Of a stretch of 32,000 nt of DNA, positions 1-11,800 are shown piece by piece. The notes beneath the pieces are model-generated. The model worked only from the letters and a program-made list of their open reading frames with translations, was not told the DNA's origin and ran no database searches. Position 1 is the stretch's first letter. Each line of letters starts with the position of its first letter. Both the position numbers and the translations under genes were made by a program. This DNA is from Candidatus Saccharimonadota bacterium (GTDB taxonomy: Bacteria; Patescibacteriota; Gracilibacteria; BD1-5; UBA2023). The stretch covers positions 300,001-332,000 of the forward strand of contig BAAFHK010000001.1 of NCBI GenBank assembly GCA_042852035.1. The letters are read 5' to 3'.

Positions 1-335
1 CTCGAATGTATAAGGAGCGAGTCAATATACTCGATGATTCCGTCCTTGTTGAAGAAGTGGCAGCGCCATGACTTGTGCCACTTATAGAAAAATGAGTCAC
101 AACGGGTCCTGACTTAGAGAATCTTCTTCGAGAGTATCTTTCGCAATTTTCTCCAGATATTGAGGCGTTAGTCCTAGGATGTACACACTATCCCATCATC
201 GCTGATACGGTGCAAGTGATATGGTATAGCATGTTTCATAGGCAACTGTCTCTTATTGATCCAGGAGTGGAGGCTGCCAAAAAGTTTGCGATTTGGTGAG
301 CTCGTCATTATTCATCATTCGGAAGTCACTTCTAA
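1..335 (+). CDS. murI: Glutamate racemase MurI, C-terminal part (5' end lies outside the window)
   Basis: Frame 3 is open from the window edge. With TGA=Gly it reads ...VAAPGLVPLIEKGVTTGPDLENLLREYLSQFSPDIEALVLGCTHYPIIADTV.... This contains the racemase GCTHYP active-site Cys motif. There are 3 in-frame TGA. Stop is TAA at 333-335. Confidence 0.85.
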
Positions 336-1971
336 CATAACTTCTCAGGTCTTCAACTAGATATCAGATTGCTATTCATACCTGAATTGGTTTTGCATCT
401 GGAAATATAGCTTGTATTGCATCTTCCCTCCCTTTAATGCTAAAGAAGAAATGTTTCGTGTTTGGAGATTTATAGGCAATAAGGTATCCTTTTGAGATAA
501 GATCCCAGAATAAGTCTCAGAAAGTTTCATGTCAAAGCGATTCTAGATACGGAACTCCTACTCGATTCGCAATAAGCTTATAAAGCGCACTTGGCTGGCG
601 GTATTTTGGGCCACGAAAAAATGCATCAAGGAGTCATCGAAGTTTATAATAAGGATCTTCCTTTTTTTTGTTTTCAGCTTCAGACTCGGATATGAATTGT
701 ATCTCTGCACCATATGGAGTATTTCAGAGTTTCATAAAGCCACTCAGGCTCATATTTGTAAAATTCTCATCGGTCATTTTTGACTTTGTTTCATTGATTG
801 CGATAGGATTTTTTGTGAGGTTTTCTGTCAACCATCATGAATCACTTACGGCTCATTTGTTTTTTAGGACGTAGCCAAAGTCAGGCATAAGATTTGAAAA
901 TACCGTAATGAGTTCCTTTTTTTCAGCATCACTTGTTGCATTCGGGTAGATGATATTCATGCCGATAATATCCCTCATGGCATCTACATTATTATACTGC
1001 TTCTTCTGCCACATTTTTTGGAGTATGCTTTCAGGTGTCTTTACTCTCCAGTCGATTTTATATACCTTCCCTTTGATGTGTAAGTCAGCATGATATATGA
1101 CGGCACCCGTGATGTGATCTTCGATTATTACATTTTCTATTTTAATTCAGGCCTTTTTTAGTGCAATCTCCATCTCGCCAATATTTTTTTTCGCATTTCG
1201 ACAAAGCTCCTCAATCTCAAGAACTCTTGGCCATGCAAAAAATGATTGTATAACCATCCATGCGTCTTCAACTTTCTCAGGGTCATCGAACATTCTATTG
1301 AGTACTCGAGTACATTCTTTAATGTCTTTGATGTGTTCTAGGGGTCCGAGTTCAAGTCAAAAAACTTTTCCAAGGTAATGAAGAAGTCTTGGAAATACGG
1401 ATGTAAAATATTTCGGACAATCTTTTTCTTTACAGTCATCGATGTTATTCGTAAGTCAAGAAATTATGAGTTTTTCTATCGCTTCTCAACGAGGCTTCTT
1501 TTTAAGTTTCGAGAATGAGTATCATGAACCATCAAGAATGGATACTTGTCTCGATGCAAATGCAATGAGAGAGGGATTATAAAGACTTGCTCTTAGTTCC
1601 TCTTGAAGTTTTTTTCACGTGTCTTCTGGTCTTCATCGTATGAGAAGTGTTTCCATGATATCTGCAATATTTGTTTCATCGATGTAGAGTGATCGAGAAT
1701 CATCAGGTTTGGTCTTTCGATGTTTATTGAGTTTGTTTAGAAAATCTCACCACGCACTCGGGTATTTGCTAAAAAATGACTTGAGTGATTTTGCTTTTGG
1801 AAGATAGGTTTCAAGTAAGACATGGAGATCTCCTCTATTTCTGAGTTCAACTAAATTTTTTACGGTATCTTCGACACTTCTTACAAGGTTTGTAGAGCTA
1901 TTTCTTGTGCTATTTCTCGAGGCATTTATATCTCCAAGACTAAATCGGTTGAGAGTGGAAAGAGCATTCAT
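253..1971 (-). CDS. RelA/SpoT-homologue protein with a synthetase-type nucleotidyltransferase domain, 572 aa, no recognisable HD hydrolase domain
   Basis: ATG at 1971 matches the ORF-track fragment 1747..1971. The frame stays open through many TGA to TAA at 253-255; I split every triplet by hand and found no TAA/TAG. The central region reads ...DWRVKTPESILQKMWQKKQYNNVDAMRDIIGMNIIYPN...NMSLSGFMKLGNTPYGAEIQFISESE. This resembles the RelA_SpoT motifs RxKxxxSxxxK, DxxGxR and EIQxRT. Confidence 0.55.
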
Positions 1972-2008
1972 AATTGATTTCTAAAAAAAATTCTATATAG
2001 ATAATTGT

Positions 2009-3277
2009 ATGATACTTATTTATTGAAAAGGGAAGGTTGGAATGGCTGTTGCCGACCTATGCGTTAGCCTTCAAATAGAGCATGAAATCAAGGATGATTC
2101 CGATGAGTTGGATTACTCGAGGTATGATTTTATCATTCCATCTCCAGGTATTCCATCGAGTCATAATGTATATAAATCATGAAAGGTCAAATCAGAACTT
2201 GATTTTGCTTATGAGTTTCTTCCAAAATCCTTTCATATTGTAGCAGTTACTGGAACGGATGGCAAATCCACAACATCTTGGATACTCTATGAATTATTGC
2301 GCCAAGAATTCTGAGTTGAAAAAGTGTATCTTTCATGAAATTTTGAGATTCCATTTTCACAAACAGTGAATGAAATCCTCAAAAAAAATCAAAAAAGATG
2401 ATATATTGTTCTCGAAGTTTCGAGCTTTATGGCATATCTCTTAAGCTCTTTTAAGGCTGATTATTCAGTATTTACAAATTTTAAGCCAGATCACCTAAAT
2501 TGGCATATTCATCTTCAGGATTATCTTGATTCTAAGATGAATCTTCTTTCTAGAACAAAAAAAGTCTCAATTCTCAATTCTCAGGTAGTATTGTTTGCAA
2601 ATAATAATTGATTAGATATTCATGTACCGTTAAATTCAAGAATTTTTTCTTCTGAATTGCAAATGAAAGGGTGATTAAAGGATTCGACAGATGGTGAAGA
2701 AATTATAATTTCCTGAAGGAAAAAGTATAAACTCTCTGAGACACGTTTTTCTGGGCTTCATAATGCTTCCAATATTCTCTCAGCGACAGTTGTAATGAAT
2801 GAAATGTGAATTTGCTCAAAACGAGTTTGAGGGTATTTAAAAAATATTCAATGACTCCCACATCGAATAGAATTTGTTACAGAGAAAAATGGAGTCTCGT
2901 TCATCGATGATTCAAAATCTACCTCATGCCAGAGCCTTATGGCAGCCCTTACTGCGTTTAATAAAAAAAAGCTCATTCTTATAGCAGGTGGCTCCGATAA
3001 ATGAGATACTTTCGATGGATTAGAAGCTTCTTTGAGTGAAGTTTCTTACTCTGTTCTTCTTTGAGCAACGAAAGATATATTGGCGTCAAAATGTGAGCAG
3101 GCATGAGTAATGTATACAAAAGCTGATTCTATGCTTGAGGCAGTGCAGCTAGCATGGTCAAAGTCAAAACACTGAGATACAATACTTCTTTCCCCATGAT
3201 GTGCATCATTTTGACTCTTTCGAGATTATCTCGATCGAGCAGAAAAGTTTAGAGATGCGATTAAAAAACTCCCTTAG
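2009..3277 (+). CDS. murD: UDP-N-acetylmuramoylalanine--D-glutamate ligase MurD (422 aa)
   Basis: The translation shows these motifs in order:
- MILIYGKGKVGMAVADLC (N-terminal GxGxxG)
- VTGTDGKSTT (Mur ligase P-loop)
- SGNFEIPF
- LEVSSFM
- FTNFKPDHLNWH
- GLPHRIEFV
- IDDSKSTS
- LLSPGCASFGLFRDYLDRAEKF
Same frame as track ORF 2429..2611. Many in-frame TGA. Stop is TAG at 3275-3277. Confidence 0.9.
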
Positions 3278-3299
3278 TGGGAGTTTTTTAATCGCATCT
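3253..3299. terminator. Perfect 21-bp stem with 5-nt loop between convergent genes; candidate bidirectional terminator
   Basis: agatgcgattaaaaaactccc (3253-3273), loop ttagt, gggagttttttaatcgcatct (3279-3299). The arms are exact reverse complements. The left arm encodes the last murD codons and the right arm contains the TAG stop (3298-3300) of the minus-strand gene. Confidence 0.6.
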
Positions 3300-6200
3300 A
3301 CTTTTGGAGTGGTTTTGCTATATTTGAAGCTCAAGTATTAGTGTTTCATGATCCTACTTGTGGTACTATATCAATAGGGGAGTCAAGTATTTCAAAGAGA
3401 GCGAACCAGCTTTGTCAGATATACTTACTCATAATCTGTTGTATTTTTTTCATATCTTCAGTTGCGTTCTGAGCATATAGTTCTGTCGCAATTTGATCTA
3501 TGAGTGGATACTCTTTTGAGCGTCCCTCATTAATAAGCTTGATGATATAAAGTTGACACTGAGCTAATTTTTGACCTCGTGTAACTACTGTATTTCAGCG
3601 ATATGATTCATAGTTTGTTCCTGCAATATCGATGAATGCTTCATCAGTAGTAATCTTTCATTTTCTACGCTCTTGGATAGCTAAGTCGATACAATAGTTA
3701 TCTGTTGCAACAAGTTTAAGATTTCTTGCATTCATGGTAAGGAGAAGCTTCTCGAATCTATCGGTAAGATTGTGTCTCGGATCTTTATCAATTGTTGCAG
3801 CATTGAGATCAACCAAGAGATATCAGAGATCCATTTTTTTCATCTTCTCAATCGTCGCCTCTGGTGATGGATCATAGAAGAAGTCGCGGAACGCCATGAG
3901 AAGGCTATCATCAAAATATCGGGTCGTATTTTTGTTTATGAGATAGGTCATGAATGTACCGATTCGATAGATTCATTTTGTGTTTTCATTATCCTTCGTT
4001 GGGTAAAGTACATTTTTGTAGACGGATTGCCCAATGTTTTCTATATCCTTCTTGAGAAGAGGATTTGTAGTGCTCCTATATTTTGTGAGAAAAGTATGAA
4101 GACTTTCGATAGGAATATCATTTATATTATTAGACTCAAAAAACTTCTTCATCTCTGTTGATTTGAGATTTTCTGTGACTCATTTGTATGCAAGATTTGG
4201 ATTCTTGAGGTTGAGCGTTGCTATAGGTAGAAGATAGTCACTTCGATAGATAAAAATGGACTCTTCCTGGGAAAGGGTATTGTATTTATATTCATTATAG
4301 TAGGCAGATTTAAGGTTATTCCATGCATGAGGGAATGATGATCGAATAAAGTATGTTGCTATAAGTATGAATAATACTATAGAAAGCGTAAATTTGTGAC
4401 CTAAATTCTCTGAATCCTTGAGCTCATCCTCACTATAATGAGTAAATGAATACGCTGAAAATCAGAGAATAAGAAAAAATCCAAAATAGATAATTATACC
4501 ATACCATACGATTCAAAATGCTGAAATAATAAAGAGAAAAGCATAGATTCACATAAATATGACAATATCTCTCAGGCGTTCTCAGATATGGTTATCCTTA
4601 GTATATGAATGAAAAAACCAGACAATTCATAAGTTTATGGCTATTAGTATGAGATATCAAAATGATCTAATATCGGAAGGATTCGGAATAAGCGTAAATT
4701 GAGCAAAAAACCCGTTAATTTCTCATCCAATTCATTTTGTGAAATAGTAAAGAGCCATAAATACCATCGCACTAATTCATCCGATAACAAAGCTGTATTT
4801 TCTCTTGCTTGGGATAAAGAGAACTAAACTTGGTATGAGGGCAAGAAATAGATATGTAATATCGGTAAATTCACCTGATTGGTTTTTTTGAAACGTAAGA
4901 TTAGCTGGAAGTTTTAGATAGTTGTTAAGTCCTTTTTCATATCCAAAATATCTTCAGGCATCTTCATTCTCACTTTTTCCATCTCAAGTCATCAGTTTTG
5001 ATGCTCGATTCTCTCGTTCTTTAATTTCTTCGGGTGTATAAATTTTCTTATAGTCGTACATGCTTTTTTCGACAGCACCAGCAAGAAAATTTGATATTGT
5101 AGGATGTTCAATTTTTGCTCTAATTACCTCATTTCCATTTTTTATAAGCCATGGAATACAGGTAATAACGGTTCCAATTAAGAAAATTACAGAGTAAAGA
5201 ATCCAATCAAGAAATATTTTTTTATAGTGAGAAGCTGAATTCTTCAGCTTTAGAGTCGCAAAAGCAATTGAAGCACATCAAATAATAAAGAGGGGTATTC
5301 CTATTGAATTCAGTACTGCTTGACTCTCTGGCATAGGGACATTCAGCATCTTCCAGAGGTTTAATTTCGTGAATACTCAAAGAAAAATTAAGAAGTATCA
5401 GATAAAGCCCCATAACGAAAGTGAAGTATACGTCAACCATCAAAGAATTCCAAGAATAAGCATCAGTGAAGTGAACTTTACCGTGAAGGTAAATCATACA
5501 AGAATTCCTATAACTCCTATTATTCCAATCTTTTCTTTCCTTTCCAGTCATTTCCAAACGTAAAATAAAAGAGCAATAGTACTAATCGAGAACGCAAAGT
5601 ATGCTGGATCAAGCTTCATGTCTTTCGCTTGTTGAAAGACGGTCATAGGCATTGCGTAGTAGAATACTCAAAGAAGAACTGGAAGGGAGATTATTGTTTT
5701 TTTTCAAGAATCCTCAAAAGCATATGAAAGAATAGAGATAACAAAAATTGTCGCTAAAATTCAGCCAAGCTGATTCATATAGAATGCTTGTGATGCATTA
5801 TATGAAAAGAGAAAGCCAGTCCCAGTAATAAGTTGCCAAGCATACATTCCTCAGCTTGTAATAAGTTGCTCTGTAGTTGCTATGATTTTCGGAAGGTTCA
5901 TATATACCCCTAAATCATCCCATCCAATTGGCATTGGTCGAATGACGTTTATGAGTGAAACACCAAGAAGGAGGGTGAAAATAATAAATCAAAACTCTAT
6001 CGAGAGGAGGTTTGGATTGAGTTTTTCAAGGAAAGTTCAATGAGTTTTATGATTTTCAATTTCTATATGGGTATCTTTGATTTCGTTATAGGTAAGCTTG
6101 AGTCATGGAAGAGCAATTAGTCCAAGTATACCAAGAATGATATAGAGCCCCATTTCATTATATACCCCAATCATTCAGAGAATAAGAAGAAAAAATGAAA

Positions 6201-6681
6201 ATATCGTAAATCAAAGTGTAATTTCTCAAGGTATCCGGAGTCGTTTATCAACCTCTTTCCAGTCTTTCTTTACGAGAGAAAAAAGAGTATACCCAGCCGA
6301 TCGAGTTAGTACGATAACTATTGCTGGATAAAATAGTAGGGCAAGGATGTGAAAAAAGAGCGTAATTGAACTTGCACTCGCTCGTGAGAGAAAAGGGCTT
6401 GAAGTCACTTCAGGAAGTCCCGTGTAAAAGATTGTAACAAGGAAGACATGAAAGAGTCCGATTCATATAATTCAAGGGAGTCCCAATCGAATTTTTTTAA
6501 CTCAGAAGGCAATACTCAATATCTTGTAGCCAGAGTAGATTATGGCAATGGTTGCCAGATATGGAAGAAAGCCTGTGGCAGTCTCAATATGGTTTATGCT
6601 ACTATAGAAATTACTGTAGTATATCCCTATGATGGCTACTGACCATACTATAAATGCGAAAGAAGAAATAAGTGACGGCAT
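3298..6681 (-). CDS. Very large polytopic membrane protein (1127 aa); possibly a GT-C-type glycosyltransferase or envelope assembly protein, function unknown
   Basis: A single frame (codon low positions = 1 mod 3) runs from ATG 6681 to TAG 3298-3300. A line-by-line triplet split found no TAA/TAG and dozens of in-frame TGA. Track ORF 6226..6408 is an internal piece. The N-terminal ~770 aa are rich in hydrophobic segments, e.g. FAFIVWSVAIIGIYY, ITLFFHILALLFYPAIVIVL, IRPMPIGWDDLGVYMNLPKII. The C-terminal ~330 aa look soluble. Confidence 0.6.
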
Positions 6682-6689
6682 AAGAAAAA

Positions 6690-8189
6690 TTAGGATATAT
6701 AAACATTTCGAATCATTTTAAATCATTTCTGAATAATTCTTTTATTTACCATGAGAAATATACACAGATACGTTATTAGTGCAATACTAATAGATAAATA
6801 ATTTGGTAGATTATCTGAGAACCGTTCTATGCCTAAGTGAAGTGCAAAGTATGTAATGGTTCAAAATATCATATTTTTCCAAAAATCCCATTTTTTCATA
6901 AATTCATATCGAATTCAGCATGCTTTTTGGGAAAGGTAAAAAAGGGGAATCCAAGATATTCATACTGCAAGTGCTGATCATTTGGCTCAAAAAAGATTAA
7001 TGAAGAGCAGATTGAGAATAATATTGATAAAAAGCGTAATAACGAGTATATGGGTTCTTTTTTTGATTTCTCCTGTTCCAGCAAGGACCTGAAATGCAAT
7101 CTGTCAAAGTATATTGAAGAGCAAGAATGGGGCTGAAAATTTTAGTATATCTCAAGATGCAGAAAATTTGTCTCAGAAGAATAGAGTGGTAATCTCATGT
7201 GAGTACTGAAAAAGAAAAAATGAAGTCCAGATTCAAATAATGCTAAAATATCACCAAAATTCACGAGTAAGAAAATCAATTTTTTCATGATTTCCCCTTC
7301 AAAAAAGTTCCGATATAACTGGAAACAAAAAACTCACAATTGGAAGAAGAAGCATGAATGGAATTCCGATAACTGAAAGATATGTTGAATAATATCATGC
7401 CTGCTCTGTTCAGAGTAAGTAAATAATGAGTTGCATATCAATCTGCGATAGGGTAGCTGATATATTTCCAGCAAGAAGTGTCGCTAAGGAATACTTCATG
7501 AAACTTCGTATAAGTGTAGAATCTTTCTTGAGTTTTACATGAAGAAGGTAGGGTACATAGTATTTTTTCCAGGTAACAAAAGATGAAAAAAGAATTCCGA
7601 TAAATAATCCAATAACCCATGCTATCATATAGTGCTCAGTGCTCCCATGGTCAGAGAAAAATAAAATACTTACACCAATAGCGGTTCAGAGGATTCTGGC
7701 AAATTCAGCTCATTTACTCAATTTAGTGTCTTGGATGGCGATAAGAAGACTCGTCCATATATGCATCATATTTATTCCTATAAAGAAAAAGCCAGCAATA
7801 CGTAGGATTGATATAACATCAGCATGGAAATAATGCATTGCAAGCCAAGGAGCAAGGAAAAATACTCAAAAATAAATAAAAAAGCTTGTTGATATTTGTA
7901 GTCGAAAAACAAATTGGAGCAAATACTTAGCACGTGCATAATCTTTCTCTACGAAAAGTTTTGGAAGAAAGAACTGGAGGCTTTCTGTACATCAAAGATC
8001 GTTATACATTGCAAGAAATGTAACGAAACTTATTACTCCATAGACCATACCAACTTCTTCGACGGAAAGATCCCTTGAAATAATCATCTTTATAAGATAT
8101 CCAAGCGGTCAAATAATGAAGCTAAAGGCATAGAGCCAAAATCCTTTGCGAATAAACTTCTCTGAGAGGGATTCTTTATTATTGAGCAT
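6690..8189 (-). CDS. MOP-superfamily flippase (Wzx / MurJ-YtgP-like polysaccharide biosynthesis protein), 499 aa
   Basis: ATG at 8189. The protein starts MLNNKESLSEKFIRKGFWLYAFSFIIGPLGYLIKMIISRDLSVEEVGMVYG.... It continues through track ORF 7410..7628 (MIAWVIGLFIG...LLAGNISATLSQIDMQLIIYLLGTEQAGYY). It is multi-TM throughout. I followed every codon to TAA at 6690-6692. Confidence 0.7.
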
Positions 8190-8194
8190 AATAT

Positions 8195-8872
8195 TTAGAT
8201 ATTGTAGGTTCCATGTGTAACGTCTGAGAGTATTTTTCCATCCCCAAAAGCAATAACTCTCTTTTTAAGAGCGTTAACAAGTCGATCATCATGAGTTGAT
8301 ATGACTATGGTTTTTCACTGTTCATTCAATTTAAGAAGTATATTGATTATGTCTTCAGCGTTTTTTGGGTCTAGGTTTCCTGTAGGTTCGTCACCAATAA
8401 TCATATCAGGATCATGAATAAGTGCGCGCGCAATTGCTGTGCGTTGTAGCTCTCCGCCGGAGAGTGATTCGATAAATTTATCCTTTTTTAAAAGAAGTCA
8501 GACCTGTGAGAGTACTTCAGGAACGCGCTTATGTATGGTTGCATTATCATAACCAGAAACTTCCATTGCAAAAGCAACATTTTCTTTTACTGTTTTGCGA
8601 GGAAGAAGTTTAAAGTCCTGAAATATTACCCCAATAGTTCTTCTGTATGATAAGAGCTCGCTTCCACTGAGCATATAAATATTATTTCCAAGGTGATCAT
8701 AGATTGCTCAATTTTTCGGCTTGAGCACCCCGATCATGCTTTTTATAACACTTGTTTTACCACTTCAAGAAGCACCTATGAAAAATAAAAATTCTCCAGG
8801 GTGTATTGTGAAATTTAAGTCACGAAGTATGGTTTTATTCCCATAAGCGAGAGAGGTTTTAGAGAAATGCAT
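8195..8872 (-). CDS. ftsE: Cell-division ABC transporter ATP-binding protein FtsE (225 aa)
   Basis: Translation:
- [41 protein letters not shown], with a Walker A Gly encoded by TGA
- [31 protein letters not shown]
- [32 protein letters not shown]
Stop is TAA at 8195-8197. Confidence 0.85.
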
Positions 8873-8873
8873 A

Positions 8874-11800
8874 TTATTTAGGAAGAACAGTAAGAATTAC
8901 ATTTTTAGTATCTATTTTTACATTTGCATCGATAACCTTTATGACTATTCCATAGGTACCTTCTTTGAGTCCTGTAGTGTCTATGGGTACAACGAAACTA
9001 TCACCATTATTTGCAGAATAAATATTACTTCAATTCAGACTCACATTTACTTCCCTTACTCATGGTTCGACAGAAATATTGAATCTTAGGTTTGAGGTAT
9101 CCCCCTGATAGACACTCATATTTCATCAAGCAGGTCTTGTGAGTGTTATTTTTGGGGGAATGGAGATTGCTAGAGATGGAGAAAGCTGAGGGTTTGAGCT
9201 TGGGAAATTGAGGGATCAGCTCGTATGAATAGGGGCTGATCAAGTATTTGATGTCTCTGATTCCTCGAGAATTCATCAGGCAAGAGTTTTAACTTCACGA
9301 TATTTGTATCCATATTGATCTATAACCTCAAGGAGTATTTCATGGACTCCCGAGTCGAGGCTAATATTCATTCTTCCAGAACCATCCTTCTTCCCTTCAG
9401 AAGCTTGTAAAATCTTAGTTTCTCAATCAAACTTTAGCGACCATTCTTTAAACTCTCTATCTCAACTCCAGCTTCATTCTACAATCTTTTTCTGAGAACT
9501 TGTATTATTTCAGATATTAAGAATCTTAAGCTTCATGGTAAAATTTCACGGTCATGAAGGTCGTTCACAAGGTTCAATTTGTCATCCAGCACTACCTATG
9601 CTACTAAGGAAAGCATTCTTCCATGCCGGATCGTAGCCATCAATAATTGGGTTTCCAACAGGAATATTCACTGTTCCTATAGATCACTCTGGAGTATTTT
9701 CAGATACTGGACCATTACAGAGCGTATCGACTTCTACTGATTTAAATCACTCATCTGCTTGCGTAAGTTTAACCGCCATAATAGTTTGAATTTTTTGATC
9801 GTCTGGAGTCGATTCTATGGCAAGCCTTCCGCTTGATTTCACTATTGTATATTTATAAATACCTTCTGGCTCTTTCCAGTCTTCCTTTGCAAGTGATTTA
9901 TGGGCAAATTCCATAAAAGGTTTCCATATGCCTGCGGCACAATTGAGACCATCGCAGGTTCATTTTGTTTCTTTCCCATCCACGTTTCCTGCCCAGACAA
10001 CTGTTGTAATTTGAGGAGAATATCATGCTGTCCACAGGTCACGAGGGAGGATTTTGTCATCTCCCATTTCTTTGTTTGAGGTTCAAGTTTTTGCTGCAAC
10101 CCTTCGGCCATTAACTGTGAGAGCTGATCTCCAAAAGCCATCAGGTCTTGCATCTGGATTTGAGAGTATTGTAGTAATAATATAAGAAGCTGCTGGTGAA
10201 AAAATTGGTTTTGGATTTTCTTCAATTTTATGTTCTTCAACTACAGTACCATCACTATCAACAATCTTTTCTATAGCATAGAGATCTCGTTTTATTCAAA
10301 GATTTGCGAAAACACTGTACGCCTGCATAAGGTCTATTGGCCTTACTTCAGCGGTTCAAATTGCCATAGGAGCTCAGTATCATGCATTTTCTTTGAGTGT
10401 TGTGAGTCAGATGCTACGTCAAAACTTCACCACTTCTTCCTCCTTTCCTGCTAAATAAAACATTTTAACGGCAGGAATATTTCTTGAGTATGCTAGTGCT
10501 TTTTCGAGGGGCATCACTCATTTAAATTTCGTATCATAATTGCTAGGTGTATAACTGGAGAAGTTTGTTTTGACATCAGCTACTGGACTGGCAGGACCAA
10601 TTGGGTTTTTGGAAATCGCAAGGGAATATACAATTGGCTTAAACGATGAACCAGGTTGACGCTCCTTTGTGGTCATATTATTGTTTCATCAGTTCTCCGT
10701 ATCAAAGTAATCAGGACCTCATACCATTGCAAGAAGTGCTCCATTTTTATTGTCCATACTCACGAGTGCGGCACTTTTTGCTCCATAGGTTTTACTATTG
10801 ATTTCCGCCTGCTTTTTTACAAGTTCTTCTGCTTTTTCTTGAAGTTTTGGATCAAGGGTTGTATATACTTTGAGTCATTGTGTAATATCGATATCTTTTC
10901 CATATTTAGCTTCAAGATACTCTTTTATGTACATGACAAAATATGGGTATTTTATATTTTCTGCGTACTTTCGGAATTCAAATTCAATACCATCATAAAT
11001 AATTTTCTTCAAAGTTGGACCATCAATTTTTCCATCTATATACATTCTTAATCATACAAAATCTTTACGTCCCCAAGTGTACTCAAGTCAGTATCGGATA
11101 GTACCTCAAGAGTTTGTAATGTCATCTTTTATGAGAATATCACCAAAGAAATCAAGGAGATTTTCCTGATTTACTACTGAACATCAGCTAGAGTCTGGGC
11201 TAAAGTCAGTACTGCGAATATATTCTGCATTTATTCAGCAAATTTTCACGCTATCATTATCTGTTTCAAGTGTAATTCATGAAAGGTATTGCTTAAAAGT
11301 AGTATACATTTTTCCAAACTCTGATCGAGTTTCAATAGACTCAAGAGATATTTTTGATGCTGGATCATCAAGGGGGTATACAATAACTTCCCCCATAAGG
11401 CGATTTCTATGAAGATAAGGAGAGTAATAGGTTGGTCATTTTGGCAATGAAGCAAGTATAGTTGCTCAGAGTGGTCATACTTCACTGGCTCATTTTCAAA
11501 AATAAGTTCTTGAAGCCTCCTCAACTCCATTTGCATTATGTCAAAAAGAGATGGTATTTAGGTACATTTCCAGAATCTTCTCCTTTGAATAATTTTTATT
11601 GAGCTGATAAGAGAGATATGCTTCCTTAATCTTTCGTTTTATTGAACGCTCTTTAGAAAGAAGGGTGTAACTAATAAGTTGCTGTGAGAGAGTCGACGTA
11701 CCCTTAATTCTATCGGTTTTTCACGTTACATAGTTGATTCCAGCTCGCGCAAGTCACTTGAGGTCAATTCAAGGGTTTTCAAAAAAAGTTTTATCCTCCG

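Noticed and set aside
2042-2044. ATG 2042 as the murD start.
   Set aside because: The in-frame ATG at 2009 adds MILIYGKGKVG, which supplies the N-terminal GxGxxG expected in MurD. It needs one TGA=Gly at 2024.
5222-5557. The 111-aa minus-strand ORF ending at TAA 5222.
   Set aside because: It lies in a different frame from the 3384-nt ORF (3298-6681). That longer ORF is open across this region and encodes coherent TM segments.
9842-11051. Track ORFs 9842..10240 (-), 10230..10454 (+) and 10656..11051 (+).
   Set aside because: They are out of frame with, or antisense to, the class A PBP gene. The PBP frame is continuous and carries the SxxK, SxN and KTG motifs.
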